The notes beneath the pieces are model-generated. The model saw only the letters and a program-made list of their open reading frames with translations. It was not told where the DNA came from and searched no databases. DNA of 60,449 nt from positions 1 through 60,449 of the forward strand of contig JBKHVI010000011.1 in assembly GCA_046570105.1 (NCBI GenBank), in the 5' to 3' direction. Below are positions 1 through 9,441 of this stretch, one piece after another. Origin of the DNA: Bacteriovoracia bacterium. Its GTDB lineage: Bacteria > Bdellovibrionota > Bacteriovoracia > Bacteriovoracales > Bacteriovoracaceae. A program made the translations under genes and the position numbers. The first letter of the stretch is position 1; each line of letters starts with the position of its first letter.

Positions 1-365
1 AGCGACAAAAACACCGGACACGTTAGAGCTGCCTCTTCCAACATCTTCAACTGTTCCGCCGACAGAGACTGCCCCTGAAGCTTCACCGTCACCTTGATCT
101 CAGCGACTTTACGAGGAGAGGCCTGCATAATTTTTTCTACTGCGCAGGTGGTTCCTTCAATTTTTATTTGATGAGTACGGGCGCGAATACCCATGATGGT
201 CAACATACAACTAGCGAGCGAGCTGGCCAAAAGATCAGTGGGAGAAAAAGCCTCTCCTTGCCCTTGGTTATCTTTGGGAGCATCAGTTAAAATTTTGGTT
301 CCTGAATCTAAATGCACAGCTTCTGTGCGCAAATTTCCCAGATAACTTACATGCATTTTTGTCAT
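1..365 (-). CDS. OsmC/Ohr family protein (3' end truncated by window edge; not in ORF track)
   Basis: Manual translation from ATG at 365: MTKKMHVSYLGNLRTEAVH...TDAPKDNQGQGEAFSPTDLLASSLASCM...AALTCPVFLS, with both conserved OsmC cysteines. Confidence 0.9.
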   Translation of the reverse strand, partial: MTKMHVSYLGNLRTEAVHLDSGTKILTDAPKDNQGQGEAFSPTDLLASSLASCMLTIMGIRARTHQIKIEGTTCAVEKIMQASPRKVAEIKVTVKLQGQSLSAEQLKMLEEAALTCPVFLS

Positions 366-405
366 AAAAAACCCCTCGCCCAAAGCTTATATCTCGGACG
401 AGGGG
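366..405 (-). terminator. Intrinsic terminator after hsp20, overlapping the osmC RBS
   Basis: Minus strand CCCCTCGTCCGAG-loop-CTTTGGGCGAGGGG followed by TTTTTT, then the osmC ATG. Confidence 0.65.
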
Positions 406-451
406 CCGGTCAAACCGAAGCTCACTTCTGGGAGGAAGAAAAGCTTTGGGT

Positions 452-877
452 CTAGTTGATACTGATCTTGCGAGTCACCACTTCAGTTTTAGGAATAGTG
501 ATTTCTAACACACCGTCCGTAAACTTTGCGCTCACACCTTGCTCATTGATGCCCTCTGGCAAACTAAAGGTGCGGTGAAACTTTCCAAAGCGACGTTCTT
601 GACGCAAAACTTTGTCCTTCTCGCCCCAATTCTGGGCCTCACGAGTCCCAGAAACATGCAAATGACGCTCCTTTAACTCAATCTCGATATTTTCCTTCTT
701 AAAACCAGGAATATCCAAGGCCACCACAAATTGATCTGCGCCATCAATGATTTCACAGGCGGGGGCCAACTGATCTTGAGGTGCCAGCCCATCAAATAAT
801 TTTTCTACTTCTTTATCCCACTGAGACAAGGCATTCCAACTGCCGCGGCGAGATGGTTTTAATTCAAAGTGCAACAT
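452..877 (-). CDS. Hsp20/alpha-crystallin small heat-shock protein
   Basis: DIPGF...ERRFGKFHRTFSLP...AKFTDGVLEITIPK; GAGGAGG RBS. Confidence 0.95.
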   Translation of the reverse strand: MLHFELKPSRRGSWNALSQWDKEVEKLFDGLAPQDQLAPACEIIDGADQFVVALDIPGFKKENIEIELKERHLHVSGTREAQNWGEKDKVLRQERRFGKFHRTFSLPEGINEQGVSAKFTDGVLEITIPKTEVVTRKISIN

Positions 878-911
878 AACTCCTCCTCTAGGGTTGTTCT
901 CTCAAGGACTA

Positions 912-939
912 AGATGGGCGGGGTTTAAAAAACGTCAAG
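912..939 (-). promoter_or_regulatory. Sigma32-like heat-shock promoter for hsp20
   Basis: Minus strand CTTGAC-N15-CCCATCT resembles the RpoH consensus CTTGAA...CCCCAT. Confidence 0.5.
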
Positions 940-1044
940 GGTGAAAGATAAATCATCAAAAAATCATGCATTCATCACTTCAAAAATAAGGCATTCCGTG
1001 GGAGCATTCCAGGACATCCCTTTCAAATACTTTAGGAGTACGCT

Positions 1045-2010
1045 GTGGTAAAAAAAGCGACCAAAAAAACTGCTAAAAAAGCAGTCAAGAAAACTGTTAA
1101 GAAGAAGACCATCAAAAAACTCTCTCCTGATGCTCAGGCGATTGAAACACTGGTGGAAATTATTCGTGTGACCAGCACGATAATTCCTAACGATGTTGAT
1201 CGTGCCATTCGTAAGGCCCAGGGCCTTGAAGTAAAAAATACGACAGCGGCTTACGCCATGGACATCATGTGTGACAATATCGAGTTGGCCAAAACTAAAA
1301 GCCAACCTCTCTGCCAAGATACCGGCACGGTCATCTTCTATATCTATCACCCACCAGGCTTTCATCAGACTCCCTTTATTAAATTAATTCATAAAGCGGT
1401 AACTGCTGCGACCAAAAAAGGTTACTTGCGAGAAAACTCTGTTAATTCATTAACTGGAGAAAACGCCGGAACTAATCTTGGAGCGGGCCATCCTTCTATC
1501 AACTTCGTTGAACACTCGGGTAAAACGCTAGAAGTTAAATTAATGCTCAAAGGTGGAGGATGTGAAAACGTCTCTACCCAATACGCCCTCCCCGATACAG
1601 GTCTTTCAGCAGGCCGCGACTTGGACGGTGTTCGTAAAGTTATTCTCGATGCTGTCGTGAAAGCACAAGGTAAAGGCTGTGGTCCCGGTGTCTTAGGTGT
1701 ATGTGTAGGAGGAGACCGCGGAGATTCTCACAAACACGCCAAAAAGCAATTGCTCAGAAAAATGGGTGAACGATCAAAGATTAAAGAGCTCTCTGCACTT
1801 GAAACTGAGATCGTTGAGACCTGTAACAAACTTGGCATCGGCCCCATGGGCTTTGGTGGCAAGACCACCATTCTCGAATGCATGATTGATCATCTCAATC
1901 GAGTGCCAGCAAGCTTTATCGTCAGTATCAGCTATATGTGCTGGGCCTTCCGCCGCCAAGGCGCCATTGTTGATCCCAAAACCATGCAACTTAAAAAGTG
2001 GCTCTACTAA
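1045..2010 (+). CDS. Fe-S (class I) fumarate hydratase alpha subunit with Lys/Ala-rich N-terminal tail
   Basis: PLCQDTG, KGGGCEN, GIGPMGFGG and CWA motifs; GTG start with AGGAG RBS. Confidence 0.9.
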   Translation: MVKKATKKTAKKAVKKTVKKKTIKKLSPDAQAIETLVEIIRVTSTIIPNDVDRAIRKAQGLEVKNTTAAYAMDIMCDNIELAKTKSQPLCQDTGTVIFYIYHPPGFHQTPFIKLIHKAVTAATKKGYLRENSVNSLTGENAGTNLGAGHPSINFVEHSGKTLEVKLMLKGGGCENVSTQYALPDTGLSAGRDLDGVRKVILDAVVKAQGKGCGPGVLGVCVGGDRGDSHKHAKKQLLRKMGERSKIKELSALETEIVETCNKLGIGPMGFGGKTTILECMIDHLNRVPASFIVSISYMCWAFRRQGAIVDPKTMQLKKWLY

Positions 2011-2020
2011 GAGGTCTCAT

Positions 2021-2587
2021 ATGATTGAACTTAAATATCCATTCTCAAAAGACGAAATTAGAAAACTCAAAGTGGGAGACATGGTTCTCATCACGGGGAA
2101 ACTCTTCACTGGCCGTGATGCTGTTCACAAACACCTGCACGAAGGTCATCCAAGCCCAGTCGATTTAAAAAACCAAATCATTTACCACTGTGGTCCGGTT
2201 GTCTTAAAAGACAAAAAAGGCAAATACACCGTAACAGCGGCAGGCCCCACCACGTCTATTCGTGAAGAACCCTATCAGTGGCAAGTCATGCGAGATCATG
2301 GCATCGTAGGGGTCATCGGTAAGGGCGGCATGGGACAAAAAACTCTCGACGCTTGCAAAGAGTATGGCGCAGTTTATTTCCACGCGGTGGGTGGTGCGGC
2401 CCAAGTTCTCGCCGAAAGAATTTTGTCAGTGGATGGAGTCTATCTAGAAGAATTCGGCTCACCGGAGGCGATTTGGGAATTATCAGTAGATAAATTCCCT
2501 GTGGTTGTGACCATGGATTCCCACGGCAACTCACTTCACAAAGTTGTCGAAGACGCCTCAAAGGCCAATCTTAAAAATTTAGTCTAA
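2021..2587 (+). CDS. Fe-S (class I) fumarate hydratase beta subunit
   Basis: TGRDAVH, YHCGP, AGPTTS, IGKGG and DSHGNSL motifs; start moved to ATG 2021 after GAGG RBS. Confidence 0.9.
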   Translation: MIELKYPFSKDEIRKLKVGDMVLITGKLFTGRDAVHKHLHEGHPSPVDLKNQIIYHCGPVVLKDKKGKYTVTAAGPTTSIREEPYQWQVMRDHGIVGVIGKGGMGQKTLDACKEYGAVYFHAVGGAAQVLAERILSVDGVYLEEFGSPEAIWELSVDKFPVVVTMDSHGNSLHKVVEDASKANLKNLV

Positions 2588-2593
2588 ATTCTG

Positions 2594-2617
2594 AGAGGGA
2601 GGACTCATCCTCCCTCT
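2594..2617. terminator. Hairpin between convergent genes
   Basis: AGAGGGAGGA-CTCA-TCCTCCCTCT, perfect 10-bp stem, no clear U tract. Confidence 0.55.
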
Positions 2618-4043
2618 ACTCTCCTAGTAAGAGACTGGCTTCATTAGAACTGATTCCCAAATGTGTGCTCATCCACTTATCACTAAACGCCATCGCCTTA
2701 GGTGTTTTAAGCATGCGACATCGAAAGACGTTCTCAGCTTGCTCTGTTGGGTTACTTTGGCTTTCACGGCAAAAGCTCTCTTCCCAACTTTCAGATAATT
2801 TTGTTAAGACGCTTTGTTTGAGTTTATCCAAAAATAACAAATACTGTTCGCGAGGCTTAGTAAGATTGCGCGCTTTGGGTGCCAGGCCAATCTGTGGAAC
2901 ATTGGTTTCATGAGAGATAACTTCTTCACTAAAATCGTGATTACTTACAACTGAGACTTTATGCCCACTCCAAGTTAAATCTCCATCCAAATGAAAACGC
3001 ATTTCATGAACATCTTTTAGGGCAGCGTAAGGGAAGAAGCGCTTCACTTGGCGCTTCTTTTTGACTTGTCGATACTCTTTGTATTTTTCTTCTCGATACT
3101 TGGTTACATTTTGATAAGTACACTCTTGGGGATTCTGAGTCGCACAGACTTTCTCTGAGACGGAGTAAGGGACACTACGCTTTTTCACCACTTCTTCATT
3201 ATCAAAATAGCTCTCCTCCACCATATATTCATGAACGAGCTGCACGGGAGTGGTATTTTTAGTCACCACAAAACTTCCCTTCAGCTGGGCTTCTGGTTTG
3301 ATGAGACCTTGAGGATGAAACCACGGTGTTGCCTTCAAAGCACTCAAGACCGACTCTTGCGTGATACCTGCAAGATCAGAGGGCAGCTCCAGCATTTGCA
3401 GATTCATTTTGAGTGGCGCCAGCAATGAATCTTTCAATTTCACTGGGCGAGACTTTTTCTCGCCAAAATAGCGACAGAACTGATTTTGAAAATTAACTGT
3501 CGCTGCAAATTTTTCTACCGTCTTAAACTGACGACACTGGGCCACGCCTGCGGTCTTGATTTTATTCCATTCACTTGTCAGTTCAAGACTTGGAACAAAA
3601 CTAAAAAGGTGTTTCAAGTCTTGATAGCTATAGGCAGCCAAGAGAGGTTTGTTTTGCTCTAGAGCGAGCGAGAGCTCACTTTTAAATGGATTCCATAGTC
3701 CCTGCGCCTCTTTACCTTGGAACTGCGCTGAATTTACATCGAGTTTAAATTTCCAAGCTTGTTGTAATTTAACTAGATCTCGGAGAGCGCGCAGCGAACG
3801 GCCGTACTCTTTCGAGTTGCGCAGATTTCTCACCTCTACCAAACGCAAATTGATCGCCCCTTCTTGCGCCTCCTTCAAACCAACGATAGCTTCTTTGTCT
3901 TTAGGATCGTCTTTGAGTGCCTTCTCCCAATGCTTAACCGCTTCTTCGTATTTACCTTCTTCACTTAAGGCCTTCGCCGATTTTTTGGCGGAAGAGCAGG
4001 CCGCCACAACAATACACAAGAATAGAAATACGACAATTCTCAT
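2616..4043 (-). CDS. TPR-containing lipoprotein, unknown function
   Basis: Lipobox VAAC; TPR-like GKYEEAVKHWEKALKDDP. Confidence 0.8.
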   Translation of the reverse strand: MRIVVFLFLCIVVAACSSAKKSAKALSEEGKYEEAVKHWEKALKDDPKDKEAIVGLKEAQEGAINLRLVEVRNLRNSKEYGRSLRALRDLVKLQQAWKFKLDVNSAQFQGKEAQGLWNPFKSELSLALEQNKPLLAAYSYQDLKHLFSFVPSLELTSEWNKIKTAGVAQCRQFKTVEKFAATVNFQNQFCRYFGEKKSRPVKLKDSLLAPLKMNLQMLELPSDLAGITQESVLSALKATPWFHPQGLIKPEAQLKGSFVVTKNTTPVQLVHEYMVEESYFDNEEVVKKRSVPYSVSEKVCATQNPQECTYQNVTKYREEKYKEYRQVKKKRQVKRFFPYAALKDVHEMRFHLDGDLTWSGHKVSVVSNHDFSEEVISHETNVPQIGLAPKARNLTKPREQYLLFLDKLKQSVLTKLSESWEESFCRESQSNPTEQAENVFRCRMLKTPKAMAFSDKWMSTHLGISSNEASLLLGE

Positions 4044-4087
4044 CAGAAATTCCTCAACTGTTTTTTATATTATCTTGGGAAATGGTT

Positions 4088-4113
4088 AAAAAGGCCCCCA
4101 AGATTTGGAGGCC
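4088..4113 (-). terminator. Intrinsic terminator of the GLUG lipoprotein gene
   Basis: Minus strand GGCCTCCA-AATCT-TGGGGGCC-TTTTT. Confidence 0.65.
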
Positions 4114-4121
4114 CTCACAAT

Positions 4122-7100
4122 TTATTTATCAATACTGATTAATTCAGGACCATAGTCACCAAGTTGCCAAGGAACAATATTAGGCGCTGTTTGTCCCGCT
4201 AACAGGGCCGCATAGTAATCGAGGATTAAATCCAAATCGGCTGGATCTGATTCATCCAACACTTGTCCAAACCACGGAGAGCCAGCGTAATCAAAATCAG
4301 CGATCGTCAAGTTTTGACCAGGCTTAACTCCTTTGAAAGGAGCGATAGTGATATCACCTTGAGCACTTAAAAGAGACGAATCGTAGTCTTGTACTAATTT
4401 TACTTGATCCATCGATGTAATTCCTAAACTCGCACAGGACTCTGAAAGATCTAAGCGTAGAGGCAAAGTTCCTGCTAAGTTCGTCGCTCTAGCCAATCTG
4501 GTATCACCCTGATTCTCAACCACTAGCCACACAAACTTTGAGGAACCAATCGCTGCATCCCAATAAGACCCCCCACCATCAAATAAGCCACTGACATAAT
4601 ACCCAGCATTGATTGTGAGCTGCGAGCCAGCACAACCCACATTGGTGCCAATGCTGGTATACAATAAGCGTCCTGCAGGACTCAAATTCATGAAGGACTG
4701 AACTGTTCCTGCGCCGGTTTTTACCGCTTTGCCAGTCTGAGCAGCAATACCTGCAATCGAATAGTCTTCGTTGTACATTTGACCTTTATTGACCACGCGC
4801 TGAATTGTACCCGTATTATTTAACGCCACAATCGCCCAATCGAAGTTTGTACTTGGAAAGCGCCAGCGCGAAGAGCTTTCAATATCAACATCTCTAATAG
4901 TGCCCGTATTGGTATGGGCCACTATTGCCATCTGATTGAGGGTAAAAGTTGTCTCGAGTACGCTCTCAACTGTTACTTTTTCAATTAGGCCTGTAGACAA
5001 ATTATTATATACAACTCCACCTAATTCATTGGTGGCTGCTGTTAAGTTAAATGTTCCAGACATCCAAGAAGAACGCAGAGTGTTTGAATTTGTATAAACC
5101 AAACCACCTGTCTGGCGGCGGCCCTTCAGGAGTGCATCGAATTCAATATTTTCAAGAAGCCCGTCATTTTGAATGACCATGCCAGCATTATGAATATTTG
5201 TCGTTGTCTCCTGACTTCCGATCTCACCACTCTCAACCGCGACATTTCGTACCACTCCAGTTGATGTATTAAGTGTGAGGAAGCCGGCAACTGTTCCACC
5301 GGGGTTTGTTAATGTGGTGGCATTGCTGTGAATATTAGCGAGCGAGAGATTTTGAATTGTACCACTATTACTTAAGATTGGTGCGCGATCAACAGGAATA
5401 GTCCCCATCGTTCCTTCTCTTACATAGCCTACTAGTATACCCGAGCTGCCATCTAAAACTGTTCCTGCTGCAACATCAATGGGTGTATAGGCACCGGTTA
5501 ACACCACAGCAGACTGCAAGTGCGCCACTCGGTTAGTAACGCCACTCATACCCATAAATTGATCTTTGTGACAAATCGTAATAGGTCTAGTGGCTGTGCC
5601 ACGGCCTCCAGAAATTTGATTGGCGACAGTGGCGCGATTGTTTGTCAGTGCGTCTCCCGTCGCTGAGCAAGGGTGTTGTTCAGTCACAAAGCGTGGCAGA
5701 TCTCCTGCGACGTGAACATATGGAGCGGTAGCGAAACTACCTGGAAGGTAAGCGGCATCAAAAAGATTACCAGTCGTGGTATATGTCACAGGTGTAATTG
5801 TAAGTGAACCATCACCAGTGCCTGCTGCGGCAATTAAGTCATTAGTCACAACAACTAAACTTCCCGTCGTGTTTGTCCCACCTTGGCCACCTACGACTCG
5901 CCCAACATTACAAGTGGTGGTACATTGATGAGAAATATGTCCCAGGAAATAACCTGCATCGACATAACCGTTATATGTGCTTGCCCCAAAGACACCCCCG
6001 ATATCAGTGTTTCCTGTATTCGTTGATGTCACACCACCCACCACATAAAAATGCGTAATGCTAGAGCCCGTGACTGTCCCAAGAGAACCAATAAGTCCTC
6101 CCACAAAAGAACCGCTCGATACGACTGCTCCTTCGTGACTGACCGCCTGAAATCCGTTGGTAGCCATTGTGTTAGAAGAGAATTGGCCACCGACACCACC
6201 CATGTAATCCGTCATGGCGCCACTGTAGCGATACTTCACAATTGAGCGTGAATGGACGTTTTTAATTTTTTGAGCATCGAGAATCTCACCAAAGATCCCA
6301 CCGGATCTCGTTCCCTCTGTATAAACCCTACTTCTCAACGATTTAACATTTTCAAGACTAAGTCTATTACCATAACCTACGACTCCTCCAACCTGAGCAA
6401 GCGTTTGTGAGCGGGCCTCAACTTCTGCATCATAAATTTCGATATCTCTTAAATAGTTCTGAGTGGTTGAAGCGGCAGGTTTTTGACCGATAACCGTGCC
6501 CACTCTACTGAAAGCCGAAACACTTGGTTTGAAAAAGTTTAGCTCTCGAATCTCATCAAGTGCAATGGTTGGATTCCAGCTGGCAATAAATCCAACATCC
6601 GAAGAACTTTCCATTCGCATGTTCATACCTGAAATGCGATGTTTGTTGCCATCAAATGATTTGGTAAATTCCACTGTGCTTGGAGAACAACTCGGAGCTG
6701 CTGTAAAAGTGGTACCGATAGGTTGCCAACTTTGTCCCATCTCCCAGCACTCTGATACGGCAGGCATGATTGTATCGCTAGCAATTCCTTTCCTATAATT
6801 TGAAAGATTGATATCGGCCGAAAGACGATAAGAGGAACCGTAGCGACCTGCCACTCCATCATGGATGCTAAAGAGCTGTGGAGCCGAACAAATTAAAAAT
6901 GGAAAATTATCCGTCCCATCTCCACCAGCAAACGGCGTTGCTGTCGCTCTGCCATTGCCACACACCATTGAATCGGGAACAGCAATAGAGAGAACGTATT
7001 CACTTGTCCCAGAGAAAAAATGTTTTTTTCCGGGAGTGGTTGAAACAAAACTATTAGGTAGAACAATCTTACTTGGGTTGGCATCTGTACAGGAAACACT

Positions 7101-7838
7101 ATTGTAGAAAAATTCAACTTCAACTCTAAAGGGCACAGCTGCAGGTCGAGTGGGATCACCAGAAGGAATAAATAAAGTGCCAGGTCCTGGTGTCATCCAC
7201 TGGCCAGACACACCATTGGTCATTTGGATACAGCGAGAAAGACCCTCACCTGGTGCAACACCCACACCATTTCCATAATCGGCCAAACGAATACGGGCCG
7301 ACATCACCGGTGCTTTATCACTCTTGCGATTAATATCCGTGCGATCGTTTGTGCAAGCATCACTATCTGCAAGAATTCCATCCACTGATTCACAGGCACG
7401 TAAGCGCAACATGGTAGAAGCAATACTCCCACTTAAAGTTCCCTTAAACATGACGTCGTTGCAATTTGTGACAGTCATTACAAGAGCAGGGGCCTGTGGA
7501 GCACCGTCGAGCTTAATGGGCAAGCTTTGCGCACAACGGGCAGCTCCTGTTGCCGTACTCATTGGGATACTGGTTGAAGTATCCCACGCCATGGCATAAA
7601 ACTTCCAATCACCATTGGGTAAATCAAGCGTAAGAGAATCTGTATCATTTAGAACTTTACCAAAACTTTTCCCATCACCACTCATCCCCCATACCATCAA
7701 TCCGCCTTCCGAATAACTGGCGAGGCTGGCTCCACCAAAAGCAAAAGAGCTTGAGAGTTTGAGACTCACCTGAGAACTTTTCTGAGCGCAGCTCACGAAA
7801 AGAAGTGACAGGAGAACAAGGAAAATTGATGAACGCAT
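4122..7838 (-). CDS. Large surface lipoprotein with GLUG-like beta-helix repeats
   Basis: Lipobox LFVSC after MRSSIF (start 7838); two GGxGTxxxPxxIC modules; FDGNKHRISG; many VGGVVG/VGGLIG/IGGVFG repeats. Confidence 0.8.
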   Translation of the reverse strand: MRSSIFLVLLSLLFVSCAQKSSQVSLKLSSSFAFGGASLASYSEGGLMVWGMSGDGKSFGKVLNDTDSLTLDLPNGDWKFYAMAWDTSTSIPMSTATGAARCAQSLPIKLDGAPQAPALVMTVTNCNDVMFKGTLSGSIASTMLRLRACESVDGILADSDACTNDRTDINRKSDKAPVMSARIRLADYGNGVGVAPGEGLSRCIQMTNGVSGQWMTPGPGTLFIPSGDPTRPAAVPFRVEVEFFYNSVSCTDANPSKIVLPNSFVSTTPGKKHFFSGTSEYVLSIAVPDSMVCGNGRATATPFAGGDGTDNFPFLICSAPQLFSIHDGVAGRYGSSYRLSADINLSNYRKGIASDTIMPAVSECWEMGQSWQPIGTTFTAAPSCSPSTVEFTKSFDGNKHRISGMNMRMESSSDVGFIASWNPTIALDEIRELNFFKPSVSAFSRVGTVIGQKPAASTTQNYLRDIEIYDAEVEARSQTLAQVGGVVGYGNRLSLENVKSLRSRVYTEGTRSGGIFGEILDAQKIKNVHSRSIVKYRYSGAMTDYMGGVGGQFSSNTMATNGFQAVSHEGAVVSSGSFVGGLIGSLGTVTGSSITHFYVVGGVTSTNTGNTDIGGVFGASTYNGYVDAGYFLGHISHQCTTTCNVGRVVGGQGGTNTTGSLVVVTNDLIAAAGTGDGSLTITPVTYTTTGNLFDAAYLPGSFATAPYVHVAGDLPRFVTEQHPCSATGDALTNNRATVANQISGGRGTATRPITICHKDQFMGMSGVTNRVAHLQSAVVLTGAYTPIDVAAGTVLDGSSGILVGYVREGTMGTIPVDRAPILSNSGTIQNLSLANIHSNATTLTNPGGTVAGFLTLNTSTGVVRNVAVESGEIGSQETTTNIHNAGMVIQNDGLLENIEFDALLKGRRQTGGLVYTNSNTLRSSWMSGTFNLTAATNELGGVVYNNLSTGLIEKVTVESVLETTFTLNQMAIVAHTNTGTIRDVDIESSSRWRFPSTNFDWAIVALNNTGTIQRVVNKGQMYNEDYSIAGIAAQTGKAVKTGAGTVQSFMNLSPAGRLLYTSIGTNVGCAGSQLTINAGYYVSGLFDGGGSYWDAAIGSSKFVWLVVENQGDTRLARATNLAGTLPLRLDLSESCASLGITSMDQVKLVQDYDSSLLSAQGDITIAPFKGVKPGQNLTIADFDYAGSPWFGQVLDESDPADLDLILDYYAALLAGQTAPNIVPWQLGDYGPELISIDK

Positions 7839-7873
7839 ACAGCACCCCAATAGAGACAGAATAACCCACTAAC

Positions 7874-7899
7874 TTATCGGAAATTTAAGGATGCCTATG
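7874..7899 (-). promoter_or_regulatory. Possible sigma28 (FliA)-like promoter
   Basis: Minus strand CATAG-N14-CCGATAA; -10 matches the CCGATAA core, -35 is weak. Confidence 0.3.
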
Positions 7900-7960
7900 A
7901 GTGGAGACTTAGAGTTTTTGCCCGACAAGGACACTTGGGCTTTGTGCCCATTTTTTGAGC

Positions 7961-7989
7961 AAAAAAAAGGGACCCCCTGAGGGATCCCT
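7961..7989 (-). terminator. Intrinsic terminator of amt
   Basis: Minus strand AGGGATCCC-TCAG-GGGGTCCCT followed by a T run. Confidence 0.75.
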
Positions 7990-8019
7990 GCTAGTTAGAG
8001 CTAGAAATTAAAGATGTCT

Positions 8020-9306
8020 TTAAGACACACTTTCACCGTGTTGCGAGAGATCGAGGCCCAGGCGCTCTTCCTCTTCATGCACACGAAGTGGCTTGATGGC
8101 ATTCGAGATAAAATACAAAGCGTAGGAGCCGACAAAACAGAAGACCATCACAATCGCCAAAGCAATCAAATGCATAAAGAAAGTTTTCGTCTCCCCTGCA
8201 ATAAGGCCCACATCTTTCGCAAACACCGCCGTGAGAATCATACCGACAATTCCACCTAATCCGTGACATGGGAACACATCGAGCGTGTCATCGATTCCTG
8301 ATTTAGCTTTTACTGTGAGAGCGAGATTCGAAACCACCGACGTAATAAAACCAATTAAGATCGCCGCACCGACACTGACAAATCCAGCGGCCGGAGTAAT
8401 ACCCACAAGACCTACCACCGCGCCGATACAAGCACCCATTGCTGAGGATTTTCTGCCGCGCAAACGATCAAAGAACATCCAAGTAATCATCGCTACGGCC
8501 GATGCGGTATTGGTATTTAAAAAGGCCAGCACGGCAGTTTCATTGGCCCCCAAACTTGAACCTGCGTTGAAACCAAACCAACCAAACCACAGAAGGCCTG
8601 TGCCTAAAATCACAAAGGGAATGTTAGCAGCATCGTGCGAAATTTCTTTACGAGGTCCTAGATAAATTGAGCCTGCCAGCGCCGCCATACCTGCTGAAAT
8701 ATGTACGACAGTTCCACCTGCAAAATCCAACACACCCCAGACGCGAAGAATGCCTTCCGGGTGCCACGTCATATGGGCCAATGGAGCGTAGATGAAAATA
8801 CTAAACAGCACCATGAACACCATGTAGCTGGAAAACTTCACTCGTTCAGCAAAGGCACCTGAGACAAGTGCCGGTGTGATGATGGCGAATTTTAATTGGA
8901 ACAAAGAGAAAAGTGCGAAAGGGATAGTGGGAGAAAAATCCGGGTGCGTCGCCATGCCGACTCCGCGGTACATGAAAAACGTCATGGGATTTCCAATCAC
9001 TCCCCCAATCGATTCACCAAAACACAGCGAGAAACCCACAGCAATCCACGCAACGGTGATCACTCCGAGGGCCACCACTGATTGCAGCATTGTTGAGATG
9101 ACGTTTTTTTTACGAACCATGCCTCCGTAGAAAAACGAGAGGCCAGGAGTCATCAGAAGTACCAGACCCGAGGCCGTTAAAAGCCAAGCGGTATCTCCGG
9201 TGTTGATGGGTCCCGCGGTTTTAGTCTGGGCAATTTCAGGGAGAAACGTTGCGAGAATTCCCGCTACGAGAATCAGCCCCAAATGAACTAAATATTTCAA
9301 ACGCAT
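8020..9306 (-). CDS. amtB: Ammonium transporter (Amt family)
   Basis: LMTPGLSFFYGG, DFAGGTVVH, LWFGWFGFNAGS and DDTLDVFPCHG motifs; start moved to ATG 9306 after GGAGG RBS. Confidence 0.95.
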   Translation of the reverse strand: MRLKYLVHLGLILVAGILATFLPEIAQTKTAGPINTGDTAWLLTASGLVLLMTPGLSFFYGGMVRKKNVISTMLQSVVALGVITVAWIAVGFSLCFGESIGGVIGNPMTFFMYRGVGMATHPDFSPTIPFALFSLFQLKFAIITPALVSGAFAERVKFSSYMVFMVLFSIFIYAPLAHMTWHPEGILRVWGVLDFAGGTVVHISAGMAALAGSIYLGPRKEISHDAANIPFVILGTGLLWFGWFGFNAGSSLGANETAVLAFLNTNTASAVAMITWMFFDRLRGRKSSAMGACIGAVVGLVGITPAAGFVSVGAAILIGFITSVVSNLALTVKAKSGIDDTLDVFPCHGLGGIVGMILTAVFAKDVGLIAGETKTFFMHLIALAIVMVFCFVGSYALYFISNAIKPLRVHEEEERLGLDLSQHGESVS

Positions 9307-9441
9307 CCATGCCTCCATGCACAGGTTTTCTTTAAATTGTAAGGGCTTAAGCCAATATACGCTAGGGGTCGCCGCAAAAAAGTGCTTGTCAGTTTGATAT
9401 GCCAAACTTAAATTGCCCCCATCAAAACAATCGAGGGATTC

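Noticed and set aside
1886..2020. Upstream extension of the fumarase beta ORF suggesting a frameshift fusion with alpha
   Set aside because: Beta has its own RBS and ATG at 2021; it is in the +1 frame with no canonical slippery heptamer, and split class I fumarases are common
8014..9130. Plus-strand ORFs within amt, and similar short ORFs across the window
   Set aside because: Antisense or alternate-frame shadows of well-supported genes, with no motifs or RBS
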